NCBI GenBank assembly: GCA_016219705.1
Contig: JACRKQ010000062.1
Span: 1 to 35,857 of the forward strand
DNA: 35,857 bases
Reading direction: 5' to 3'
Source of the DNA: Candidatus Saganbacteria bacterium
GTDB lineage: Bacteria; Margulisbacteria; WOR-1; O2-12-FULL-45-9
Part shown: piece by piece, positions 1 to 12,898 of the stretch
Layout of the letters: each line of letters starts with the position of its first letter
How positions within the stretch are numbered: position 1 is the stretch's first letter
Translations under genes and position numbers: made by a program
The notes under the pieces: model-generated
The model's database searches: none
Seen by the model: the letters and a program-made list of their open reading frames with translations, nothing else
Told to the model about the DNA's origin: nothing

Positions 1-298
1 ATGATCTTCCCCTCCTTGGCTCTATGACTGTTTATATATACGCACTATAGACCTTATTTTCGTCAATGTCAAATTGTTAAATGGCTTATTTAGACGGCAA
101 TTTATGGACTATGTAGATTTAATTATGCGCACCTATATAGTAATAGTAAAAGCGGAACCTTCTGGGCCAATCCTCCACCCGACCTCTCTATTTTCATCCA
201 AATACCACTTCGCAGGATAAGTTACTGAAAATCCAGCTTTGCTCACATAAGTTTTCATTTCTTGGGTCGCTGACTGGGAGACGTCATCTTTTGCAACC

Positions 299-436
299 TC
301 ATTTTTTTTTAATTCCTAATTGTTTTGCTGGCCTCGAACCCATGGCGTAAACGGCGGACCCCGATGATATTATCGGGGCAAGTAGTGAACAGAGAACAGT
401 GGACAGGATCATAAACACAAATAATTTTTTACTCAT
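299..436 (-). CDS. Small hypothetical secreted peptide, 45 aa as written. It is possibly the N-terminal part of a longer protein of about 100 aa, because the reading frame is interrupted at an A9 tract (plus-strand T9 at 302-310).
   Basis: The minus-strand ATG at 436 encodes MSKKLFVFMILSTVLCSLLAPIISSGSAVYA..., a signal-peptide-like hydrophobic N-terminus. The frame ends directly after the poly-A run. The +1 frame stays open down to a TAG at 133-135 and contains a second ATG (MKTYVSKAGF...). Not in the supplied ORF track because it is under 60 aa. Confidence 0.25.
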   Translation of the reverse strand: MSKKLFVFMILSTVLCSLLAPIISSGSAVYAMGSRPAKQLGIKKK

Positions 437-460
437 CGAAACACGCCTCTTTTCTAATCA

Positions 461-580
461 ATGTTACATTAAGTTACACAATGTTACCTGATGTTACGTG
501 ATGTTACAAAATTTGCAATTTCAAACAACTTTAAGTAACTTCATGCAACTTTAGGTAACCCTCTGTAACCGATTGTAACT
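461..580. repeat. Phased pentamer array. Five GTTAC units start at 463, 473, 483, 493 and 503. They are followed by G(T/C)AAC units in the opposite orientation at 535, 545, 555, 565 and 575, with degenerate units at 515 and 525. All are spaced at exactly 10 bp.
   Basis: Read directly: atgttacatt aagttacaca atgttacctg atgttacgtg atgttacaaa | atttgcaatt tcaaacaact ttaagtaact tcatgcaact ttaggtaacc ctctgtaacc gattgtaact. The right arm also encodes the last ~13 codons of murD. Confidence 0.6.
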
Positions 581-1863
581 AATTTTTTAAAAACTCTTCC
601 CCGCTCTTCATAATTGTCAAACATGTCAAAACTGGAGCAAGCCGGAGATAATAATACGATATCGCCAGGCTGGGCGAATTTTGCCGACAGCGCTACCGCA
701 TCGGCCAGAGAGCTTGCCGGATGGATTGCTGAAAACCCAACTGACGTCAGCGCTGCGCGGAAACGGCCGGCCGCTTCGCCGATTAGAATTACCGCCCGGA
801 CATTTTGCTTGATTTTTTCAACCAGCTTGTCCAGTGAAACTCCTTTATCCCTGCCGCCGAGGATTAAAATGATTTTTTTATTATTAAATGTTTCCAGCGC
901 GACTAGGGTCGAATCCGGATTTGTCGCCTTGGAATCATTGTAATATTCCACCCCGTTAATTTTAGCAACGAATTCAATCCGGTGTTCCACCCCAGGAAAA
1001 GTTTTTAAAACATCAGCCACCTGTTTTGGACTTACACCACAGAGATAAGCGGCTTGAGCCGCCGCCAAAGCATTAGATAGATTATGACGACCCGGAATTT
1101 TAATTTCGGCCGGCGATAAGGCGATGATTGCGGTTTGTTTTAAGCTAAAACCAATTAATTTAGCGCCTGATTTTTGCGCCATTTTCACGACATCCGAGTC
1201 GTCCAGATTATAAATAATGTAATCGTCACCCGATTGGTTCATAAAAATTCTGGCCTTTTGGTTAATATATGATTCCAGGCTGCCGTGACGCTCCAGATGG
1301 TCGGGCTGAATATTTAAGATCACGCTGACCCAGGGCTTAAACTTATCAATAGTTTCTAATTGATAACTGCTGACTTCAACCACAATATAATCCAAATTTG
1401 TGTCAGCAACTTCAATAAGAGGCAAGCCAATGTTACCGGCAATGGCGATTTTCTTTCCTCCGGCCCGCAACATTTCCCCAATTAATGTTGTTGTTGTCGT
1501 CTTGCCATTGGTGCCGGTGATGGCGATAATCGGTTTCGTCAGCAGGCGAGCGGCCAATTCAATTTCTGAAATGATCGGGATGCCTTTTTCTTGCGCTTTT
1601 TTCAAGACGGGAATATCCAGGTGAACCCCCGGGCTGACGACAATTAATTCGGCTTTCTCAATCGCCTTGTCGGAGTGGCCGCCAAATTCTGATTTTATAC
1701 CTAAAGTATTTAATTCATTTATTATGGCTGGATCAATTTGTTCAGATAGTCGTCTTTCGGAAACAAAAACATTAGCGTTTAATTTAATTAAACGGCGAGC
1801 GGCGGCCAGGCCGCTTTTGGCCAGACCGAAAATAGAAACCCTCTTATTGCTAAATTGATACAT
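541..1863 (-). CDS. murD: UDP-N-acetylmuramoylalanine--D-glutamate ligase
   Basis: 440 aa. Mur-ligase P-loop GTNGKTTTTTLIGEML. C-terminal FDMFDNYEERG motif typical of MurD. Confidence 0.9.
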   Translation of the reverse strand: MYQFSNKRVSIFGLAKSGLAAARRLIKLNANVFVSERRLSEQIDPAIINELNTLGIKSEFGGHSDKAIEKAELIVVSPGVHLDIPVLKKAQEKGIPIISEIELAARLLTKPIIAITGTNGKTTTTTLIGEMLRAGGKKIAIAGNIGLPLIEVADTNLDYIVVEVSSYQLETIDKFKPWVSVILNIQPDHLERHGSLESYINQKARIFMNQSGDDYIIYNLDDSDVVKMAQKSGAKLIGFSLKQTAIIALSPAEIKIPGRHNLSNALAAAQAAYLCGVSPKQVADVLKTFPGVEHRIEFVAKINGVEYYNDSKATNPDSTLVALETFNNKKIILILGGRDKGVSLDKLVEKIKQNVRAVILIGEAAGRFRAALTSVGFSAIHPASSLADAVALSAKFAQPGDIVLLSPACSSFDMFDNYEERGRVFKKLVTIGYRGLPKVA

Positions 1864-1994
1864 TTTTTAAATCCTAAATTCTAAATACTAAATTCTAAAC
1901 AAATTCTAAATACTAAATTGTAATTTCTAAATGCAAATATTTTGATCATTTGGGTTTATTATTTGTTTAGGATTTAGAGTTTCGGATTTAGAAT
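1864..1994. repeat. AT-rich intergenic palindromic repeat between mraY and murD. It has direct AAATTCTAAAT(A/C) units and their inverted copies.
   Basis: atcctaaattctaaatactaaattctaaacaaattctaaatactaaattgtaatttctaaat ... atttgtttaggatttagagtttcggatttagaattt. The right half is the reverse complement of the left-half units. Confidence 0.5.
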
Positions 1995-2903
1995 TTATAG
2001 AAACACTCCAACCAACCCCAAAAACACCGCTACCACCCAAAATCCTAGCACAATCTCTTTTTCCTTAAAGCCTAATAATTCAAAATGGTGATGCAGAGGT
2101 GACATTTTAAAAACACGCCGCTTAAATAATTTATAAATCGTCACCTGGATAATGACCGATAGAGTTTCAATGACAAAAATTCCGCCGATGACGCTCAATC
2201 TGATTTCAGCCTGCATTATCAAGGCTAATCCGGCCAGAGCCGCCCCGATCGCCAGTGAGCCAACATCTCCCATAAAAACTTGAGCTTTGGGAAAATTATA
2301 ATAAAGAAAGGCGAAAATCGAGCCGGCGGCAATCAGAGCAAAAGTTGCGGCGTCCGCCTGGCCAATTTTTAGGCCTAATAAGGCCATGGCTAGAAAAGCA
2401 ATCCCCCCTGTCCCCGCCAATAAGCCGTTTAAACCATCGGTTAAATTTGCGGCGTTAGCCCCGCCCACCACCACAAAAACCGCGAACAAAAAATATAGAA
2501 TTTGAGATTGATGAGTCCCAGGTAAAAAAAACACAAAAACGGCGGCAGCGACAATTTGGCTAATCAGTTTCTGCCAGAAAGTCAGGCCAAGATTTTGCTT
2601 GCGGATAATTATCAGCAAATCATCCAGCAGCCCGATTAGCGCAAAGGCCATTGTCAATAATATCAACGCCAGATAGCGCCAGTCGAATTCGTAATTAATA
2701 AAAATTATGGATAGAATGATTGTCGCGAGAATAAAACCGAGGCCAGCCATTGTCGGCGTTCCGGCTTTGGCTTGGTGCGACGCGGGTCCTTCCGCCCGGA
2801 TTGTCTGATTTGCCTTTAACCACTTAAGCGCGAAAACGAGAGGATATGTAAGCAACCAGGAAATAATCGCGGCTAGAAAAAATAATACTGCTGCCCAACC
2901 CAT
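1995..2903 (-). CDS. mraY: Phospho-N-acetylmuramoyl-pentapeptide transferase
   Basis: 302 aa polytopic membrane protein. Motifs NAANLTDGLNGL and MSPLHHHFE are characteristic of MraY. Confidence 0.85.
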   Translation of the reverse strand: MGWAAVLFFLAAIISWLLTYPLVFALKWLKANQTIRAEGPASHQAKAGTPTMAGLGFILATIILSIIFINYEFDWRYLALILLTMAFALIGLLDDLLIIIRKQNLGLTFWQKLISQIVAAAVFVFFLPGTHQSQILYFLFAVFVVVGGANAANLTDGLNGLLAGTGGIAFLAMALLGLKIGQADAATFALIAAGSIFAFLYYNFPKAQVFMGDVGSLAIGAALAGLALIMQAEIRLSVIGGIFVIETLSVIIQVTIYKLFKRRVFKMSPLHHHFELLGFKEKEIVLGFWVVAVFLGLVGVFL

Positions 2904-2931
2904 TTTGTTATTCTAACATTTTATAGAGGAT

Positions 2932-2967
2932 AAAAAAAGCCTTCCGATAGATCATCAGAAGGCTTTT
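2932..2967 (-). terminator. Rho-independent terminator-like hairpin downstream of the 168-aa secreted-protein gene. It could act in both directions.
   Basis: AAAAAAA GCCTTC [13-nt loop] GAAGGC TTTT. On the minus strand the stem is followed by TTTTTTTATCC. Confidence 0.5.
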
Positions 2968-2975
2968 AAGTGGAC

Positions 2976-3482
2976 TTACAGCGTATAAGAAGCCGAAAGA
3001 TTTACTCCGCTGGTTAGACCGACCACTGATGCGCCAACAGCTCCAATGCCGAGGATGCCTGTTGTCGTTGTGGCGCCGGCTGAAAGAGAGTTAAACAAAA
3101 TAAAATCAGCGCCAAGCGAAAAATTTGCCGCAACTTTTGTGCTAAGTCCATAGGTCAGTCCTAGTACGGTTGTTGCTGCCGCCGCGCCGTTGGATGAATA
3201 AAACAATCCCATATTCGATTGTACTTCTCCAACTTTTTGCAGATTATAATCGACTTTTATCAAGTAGGCCGTGCTTGAAGCTCCGCCCCCGCTGGCATAA
3301 GAAGCTCCGAGTTGTCCTGTCATATCTCTATTAAAACTATACTGCAGCGTAGGGAAGCCTAAAGCGGTTCCAATGGCAAGACCACCACGGTTATCCATTG
3401 CCATCGGAGCTGTTTTTGGAGCGGCTGCAAATGCCGTTGTTCCAATAACAATAACCACTAATAATAATACGATTTTTTTCAT
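2976..3482 (-). CDS. Hypothetical secreted Gly/Ala/Ser/Thr-rich protein, possibly a beta-strand-rich outer-membrane protein
   Basis: N-terminal signal peptide MKKIVLLLVVIVIGTTAFAAAP. The mature part shows an alternating hydrophobic/small-residue pattern. Confidence 0.45.
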   Translation of the reverse strand: MKKIVLLLVVIVIGTTAFAAAPKTAPMAMDNRGGLAIGTALGFPTLQYSFNRDMTGQLGASYASGGGASSTAYLIKVDYNLQKVGEVQSNMGLFYSSNGAAAATTVLGLTYGLSTKVAANFSLGADFILFNSLSAGATTTTGILGIGAVGASVVGLTSGVNLSASYTL

Positions 3483-4145
3483 TTATTTTTCACCTCCTTT
3501 TCTAAACAGATTGTGAATGAAATCGGCCGCCATATCTTTACAGCCAAGACCAAAAGCAATCGCGACTGCTAAAGCCGGCGCGCCTAGAATTATGCCGATG
3601 TGCGGCGTCCAATCAGGATTAAAACCGAGCTGGCTCAACGCGGCCAAAAAGGAGAAGACAATAATAATGTAATAAATAACGCGGGAGACTGTCCTGGCCC
3701 CTTCCAACCCCAGGTTGGCCATGACCAAACTGATAAATCCGGAGAGTAAGCCGGCCAAAAAAACGCCTAGAGCCAGAATTAACGCCGCCAGGAAGACGAC
3801 TCCCATGTAGGCAAAGAGAGTCGGCAAAACGACAGCGACGGGCAACCCGGCAATCTCTGCCACGCCAATTACAACAAGAAGGGCTATTAGCCAGTAAGCC
3901 AAACTGCCGATTAATTCCGAGATTTTTTGTTTGACTCCGCCTTTGAGGGCAAAAGTTTCCCAGCCTAACCAGTTGGCTAATTTATCAAGCCAGATAAGTT
4001 GTAAAAAAGAAACAATTGCTTTCTCCAGTATCCTGGCAATTAGCCAGCCTGCTAATAATAGGGCAATAGAAAGGAGCAGTTTATTTGTTAGCGGGTTAAG
4101 CATTGTCCAGGCATTGATTAAGGCTGAAGTCGGGTCAAATTCCAT
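3483..4145 (-). CDS. Hypothetical integral membrane protein
   Basis: 220 aa with several predicted transmembrane helices. No diagnostic motif recognised. Confidence 0.45.
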   Translation of the reverse strand: MEFDPTSALINAWTMLNPLTNKLLLSIALLLAGWLIARILEKAIVSFLQLIWLDKLANWLGWETFALKGGVKQKISELIGSLAYWLIALLVVIGVAEIAGLPVAVVLPTLFAYMGVVFLAALILALGVFLAGLLSGFISLVMANLGLEGARTVSRVIYYIIIVFSFLAALSQLGFNPDWTPHIGIILGAPALAVAIAFGLGCKDMAADFIHNLFRKGGEK

Positions 4146-4160
4146 TATACGATCCTCCCG

Positions 4161-4379
4161 CTATTTAATAATGGCTAACAAAACCGATAACGTAAGAAAA
4201 GCAATGGCACAACCCCAGGTTAATTGGTCAAGACCTTTTTCCAATCCCTTTGGCGTGCCAAAAATCCGCGCCGCACTGCCGATACCGCCCAACCCTTCGC
4301 CTTTCGCAGCGTGCAGTAAAACGGCGATTATCAGCATGACTGCGGAAATGATTTGGAGAATAATTAAGAAGCCTCTCAT
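4161..4379 (-). CDS. secG: Preprotein translocase subunit SecG
   Basis: 72 aa with two TM segments flanking the Gly-rich loop LLHAAKGEGLGGIGSAARIFG, which is typical of SecG. Confidence 0.65.
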   Translation of the reverse strand: MRGFLIILQIISAVMLIIAVLLHAAKGEGLGGIGSAARIFGTPKGLEKGLDQLTWGCAIAFLTLSVLLAIIK

Positions 4380-4410
4380 TTCCCGTCAATCTTAGCCCAG
4401 CGCCTATTCT

Positions 4411-4439
4411 TTGTCAAACGCTTTATTTTATTGTAGAAT
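4411..4439 (+). promoter_or_regulatory. Sigma70-like promoter for gpmI: TTGTCA, 17-nt spacer, TG-TAGAAT
   Basis: TTGTCA at 4411-4416. Extended -10 TGTAGAAT at 4432-4439. The ATG is at 4449. Confidence 0.4.
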
Positions 4440-4448
4440 GTCTAAACC

Positions 4449-6077
4449 ATGAAGATCACACCGGTCTATCTCTGCATTCTCGATGGTTTCGCCATCGGGC
4501 GGCAAAACGATAGCAACGCGATTTATAGGGCGATAAAAATCGGCCAGGCTGATTTTTTTAAAGAACTTTTTGCGACGCGTCCATATGCGAAATTAGAATG
4601 TTTTGGCCCGGCTGTCGGCCTGCCGGCCGGCACTATGGGAAATTCAGAAGTCAATCATCTCAATATGGGCGCCGGACGGGTTGTCTATCAATCGATTGAA
4701 AGAATTAACGTCGCGATTGCAGACGGCAGTTTTTTTACCAACGAGGCTTTGACCACGGCGATTAATAACTGTCAGAAAAATAGTTCCGCTTTACATCTAA
4801 TGGGAATTCTTCAGGGGCATGGCGGGACAGTGCATGGCAGCATTAAGCATCTTTTTGCCCTGCTTGAGCTGGCCAAAAAAACAAAATTGAAAACAGTTTA
4901 TCTTCATCTTTTCACCGATGGCCGCGACACTAATCCCAGAGCTGCGGGAGAAATATATTTACAGATGCTGGAAGAAAAAATTGCGGAGCTGGGACTGGGA
5001 GAAATTGTCAAGATTGCCACGATCATGGGCCGTGAGCTGGCCATGGATCGCGATACGGCCTGGGACAAAACTCTATTGGCCATGAAAGCGCTGGTTAACG
5101 GCCTGGGCGAACGCCAAGCCGGCTTTGCCCGCGCAGCCATCGCAAACGCTTATAAACGTGGGGAGACGGATGAATTTATCCGTCCGACAATTATTGGCGG
5201 CTACCCCGGCATGAGCGCGGTCGATTCGGTCATCTATTTTAATTATCGTCAGGATCGCACTATCCAACTGGCAACAGCCTTCTGCGAAACTGATAAAGTC
5301 TTTTTTAATTACAAAAAAGGGAGCAAACCGATCGATGAAGTTATTTATAATGAGATCCAGTCTTGGCGCGGTAAAATTAAAAACCTGGTCTTTGTGGCGA
5401 TGACAGAATATTATCCGGGACTTCATGGGTTCACGGCTTTCCCGGAAAAAGAAATTCCCAATACGGTTGGAGAGATTGTCTCCCAGGCTGGATTAAAACA
5501 ATTGCGCTTGGCCGGCCCGGAAAAATTTGCCCATGTCACCGGCTGGTTCTCTGGGCGACGGGCAACTCCCTTCCCGGGCGAAGACCGCTATTTAGCGCAA
5601 GACGCGGAGTTAAAAAATAAAACCGACCAGGGCAAACATTATGACTGGGCTCCGGAGATGACGGCTTATCTGGAAACTGATTATGCGCTGCAAGCGATCG
5701 CCGCGAAGCAATATTCCCTGATCGTCCACAATTTTCAAAATGGCGATATGGTTGGGCATACCGGTAATTTAGCGGCGGCCGCGGCGGCGATTGGCCATCT
5801 GAACAAATGTGTTAGGCGGCTCGCTTCGGCCTGGATTAATCAAGGCGGGATTTTTATTATCACGGCGGATCATGGCAACGCTGATGAGATGGAATTGGCG
5901 CAAAACGGCCAGGAAGTCGTCAGCACGCAGCATTCGCTCAACCCTGTCCCCTGCTGGGTTTTGGGTAGAGAGGGGAACTTAAAGGCTGACGGTATTATCC
6001 CAGACGTTGGCGTTACAATTTTAGACCTGATGGGGCTGCCCAAATCAGATGATATGACGGCCCAATCTTTATTATGA
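4449..6077 (+). CDS. gpmI: 2,3-bisphosphoglycerate-independent phosphoglycerate mutase
   Basis: 542 aa. The N-terminal region PVYLCILDGFAIG and the overall length fit the iPGM family. Confidence 0.85.
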   Translation: MKITPVYLCILDGFAIGRQNDSNAIYRAIKIGQADFFKELFATRPYAKLECFGPAVGLPAGTMGNSEVNHLNMGAGRVVYQSIERINVAIADGSFFTNEALTTAINNCQKNSSALHLMGILQGHGGTVHGSIKHLFALLELAKKTKLKTVYLHLFTDGRDTNPRAAGEIYLQMLEEKIAELGLGEIVKIATIMGRELAMDRDTAWDKTLLAMKALVNGLGERQAGFARAAIANAYKRGETDEFIRPTIIGGYPGMSAVDSVIYFNYRQDRTIQLATAFCETDKVFFNYKKGSKPIDEVIYNEIQSWRGKIKNLVFVAMTEYYPGLHGFTAFPEKEIPNTVGEIVSQAGLKQLRLAGPEKFAHVTGWFSGRRATPFPGEDRYLAQDAELKNKTDQGKHYDWAPEMTAYLETDYALQAIAAKQYSLIVHNFQNGDMVGHTGNLAAAAAAIGHLNKCVRRLASAWINQGGIFIITADHGNADEMELAQNGQEVVSTQHSLNPVPCWVLGREGNLKADGIIPDVGVTILDLMGLPKSDDMTAQSLL

Positions 6078-6082
6078 AAAAA

Positions 6083-6108
6083 AGCCCTCCGGATTGCTCC
6101 AGAGGGCT
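6083..6108. terminator. Bidirectional terminator hairpin between the convergent gpmI and RRM-protein genes
   Basis: AAAAAAA AGCCCTC [12-nt loop] GAGGGCT TAAAATTT. A/T runs lie on both sides. Confidence 0.5.
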
Positions 6109-6131
6109 TAAAATTTAGATTAAACTAATTT

Positions 6132-6416
6132 TTAATAACGATTAAACGAACGTCTTTCGCCACCGCGATTGTCAGACTTCGGTTTTGCTTCGTTGACGGT
6201 CAGTTCGCGCTCGCCCCATTTCTGACCATTCATGGCAGAAATAGCTTTCGGCGCGTCTTCATCGTTCATATCGACAAAACCAAACCCGCGAGATTTTCCC
6301 GTGAGCTTGTCAGTCACAACCCGAGCGGACAAAACTGTGCCGAATTCAGAAAATTTCGCTGAAAGATCGGCGTCAGTTGTCGACCAGGGTAAATTGCCTA
6401 CAAATATGCTTTTCAT
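6132..6416 (-). CDS. RNA-binding protein, single RRM domain
   Basis: IFVGNLPW (RNP2) and KSRGFGFVDM (RNP1), followed by a Gly/Arg-rich tail. The RBS GGAGACAC lies upstream. Confidence 0.85.
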   Translation of the reverse strand: MKSIFVGNLPWSTTDADLSAKFSEFGTVLSARVVTDKLTGKSRGFGFVDMNDEDAPKAISAMNGQKWGERELTVNEAKPKSDNRGGERRSFNRY

Positions 6417-6636
6417 GTTGAGTGTCTCCTTTGATTATTTTTTCTGCTGATTAATGGGGCTGTGGAAGCCTGAAACGAGGCCACAACATAACTTAGCTTG
6501 CAGATAAACATAAGATCTAACCATTAACTTCGACTTAGTAAAGATATCATGGATGCCGTTAAATTGCAATAGTCCACCCAAGAACAGAAATAGAGAATGG
6601 AACCGAGGCTTTTAGCCTCAGGTTTCATCCTAAAAC

Positions 6637-7623
6637 TTACGACGCCAGCATTTTCGCCAGCTTATAAGTCGCCAGATCGATTTTCTTTGTGCGGCGGATG
6701 ACCTCGGCCATTGGGGTTTCAATAATTTTGTCAGAAGAGATCCCTACCAAAAAACTACTTTTGCCGGCGATCAGTAATTCCACCGCCCTGGCGCCCAGCT
6801 TGCAGGCGACTTCGCGCGACAGCGCCGATGGCGCGCCGCCCCGCTGGATATAGCCGAGGATGCTGACTCGGACATCAAGAGCAATCTTTTTAGTTAAATA
6901 ATCAGCCACTTCCCTGGCGGAAGCCGCCCCTTCGGCTACAACGACGATAAAACTTGATTTGCCGCGCTGTTGTCCCTGGCGCAATGTTCTGACAATTTCA
7001 TCCAGGTTAAAATTAATCTCCGGAATCAGGATCGCTTCTGCGCCGCAGACTAAACCGACATCGAGAGCAATAAAACCATTATTGCGTCCCATGACCTCGA
7101 TCACAAACACTCTTTCATGCGAGGTGGCCGTATCTCTGATTTTATCGATCGCGTTAACCGCCGTATTGACAGCGGTGTCAAAACCGATGCTGTAATCGGT
7201 GCCAAAAATATCATTATCAATTGAAGCCGGAACATTGATCACCGGCAGGCCAGATTCCTGATTAAGAGCATAAGCCGCGCGCAGCGAGCCATCGCCGCCA
7301 ATTGCCACCAAACCATCGATATTGTAAGCGGCCAGATTGGCATAAGCTTTTTTACGCGCAGGCTTTTGGCGAAATTCAGGACAGCGATGGGTATGTAAAA
7401 TAGTGCCGCCATGATTGATGATGCCGCCGACAGAACTTAATTCCATTTTAATAATTTTATTTTCAATTAAACCCTGCCAGCCGCGCTCGATCCCGTAAAC
7501 TTTGCGGCTGTTAAAAATGGCCGTCCTTACCACAGAGCGGATGGCGGCATTCATTCCCGGGGCGTCCCCTCCGGGAGTCACGATCGCGATGGTCTTTATT
7601 TTTTTGTTTTTCACGTCCATCAC
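6637..7623 (-). CDS. pfkA: ATP-dependent 6-phosphofructokinase
   Basis: 328 aa with GGDGS and MGR motifs. Overall PFK-A family features. Confidence 0.9.
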   Translation of the reverse strand: MMDVKNKKIKTIAIVTPGGDAPGMNAAIRSVVRTAIFNSRKVYGIERGWQGLIENKIIKMELSSVGGIINHGGTILHTHRCPEFRQKPARKKAYANLAAYNIDGLVAIGGDGSLRAAYALNQESGLPVINVPASIDNDIFGTDYSIGFDTAVNTAVNAIDKIRDTATSHERVFVIEVMGRNNGFIALDVGLVCGAEAILIPEINFNLDEIVRTLRQGQQRGKSSFIVVVAEGAASAREVADYLTKKIALDVRVSILGYIQRGGAPSALSREVACKLGARAVELLIAGKSSFLVGISSDKIIETPMAEVIRRTKKIDLATYKLAKMLAS

Positions 7624-7707
7624 CCTCTTTTATTTGATCAAGAGTTATGATATCATAAAAACACTTGCAGCAAAACACATTTTCCTGCGCAAGAGAGGTG
7701 TAAAAAA

Positions 7708-8573
7708 ATGGAATATCAAATTTCTAGTGGTTTAGTGATTGGTTTGTTTCTATTTTTTTTGTTTTTATCAGGCATCAGGATTGTTCGCCCGACTCATCGC
7801 GGCTTAATCGAAAGGTTCGGCAAATACAATCGCTTTGCGCCGCCCGGTTTTCATTGGGTCATGCCTGGTATCGACCACATATATCAGATAAATATTACAG
7901 AAGTTATGGTGAATGCCGAACCGCAGGAAATTATTACCAATGACAATCTTAACGCCCGAGTCGACGCCCAGGTTTACTTTAAAGTTAAAGATGATGAAAC
8001 CAGCGTTAAAGCTTCGCAATATAACGTCTATAACTATAGTTATCAGATCGTCAACTTGGCCCGAACTACTTTACGCAATATAATCGGGACCTTAACCCTC
8101 AAAGCCGCCAACAGCGAAAGAGGCCGGATAAATGACGCTCTGCAGAAAACCTTACGCGAGGAGACCAGCAGCTGGGGGCTGGAAATCGTCAGGACTGAAT
8201 TAAAAGAAATCGACCCCCCCAAAGACGTTCAAGAAACCATGAACAAAGTTGTTAAAGCAGAAAACGAAAAGGTTGCCGCCGTTGATTTTGCGACCGCGAC
8301 CGAAACCATGGCTGATGGTCAACGCCGCGCCGAAATCAAAAAAGCCGAAGGTTTAAAGCAGGCAAAAATTCTCCAAGCTGAAGGCGAAGCCTTTGCCATT
8401 AAACTTGTTAACGAAGCAGCTAACCAATATTTTGTCGGGAATGCTCAAGTATTGCGAAAACTTGAAGCAGTAGAAAAGTCATTGCTAAACAACGCTAAAA
8501 TTGTCATCCCTGCTAACACGGAATTGGTTAATGTTATAGGAGAGCTGGCTGGCATCGTGCCAATCAGAAAACC

Positions 8574-8577
<4 letters not shown>
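7708..8577 (+). CDS. SPFH/band-7 (stomatin/prohibitin-like) membrane protein
   Basis: N-terminal TM helix followed by a band-7 domain (IRIVRPTHRGLIERFGKY...). Ala/Glu-rich coiled-coil tail. Confidence 0.8.
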
Positions 8578-12895
<4,318 letters not shown>

Positions 12896-12898
12896 AAC

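Noticed and set aside
335-360. tRNA-like GGTTCGAGGCC T-arm-like motif on the minus strand
   Set aside because: No acceptor stem, no anticodon arm and no CCA context can be built around it. It lies inside the small signal-peptide ORF.
461-580. Possible CRISPR array
   Set aside because: Repeat units are 5-7 bp at a 10-bp period with no unique spacers of 25-40 bp. This is not CRISPR architecture.
3931-4395. 154-aa plus-strand ORF overlapping the membrane-protein gene and secG
   Set aside because: Antisense to two plausible genes. Pro/Ser-rich nonsense composition.
5771-5790. GC-rich ggcggcggccgcggcggcg run
   Set aside because: In-frame Ala-run (AAAAAAIG) inside gpmI. A simple codon repeat.
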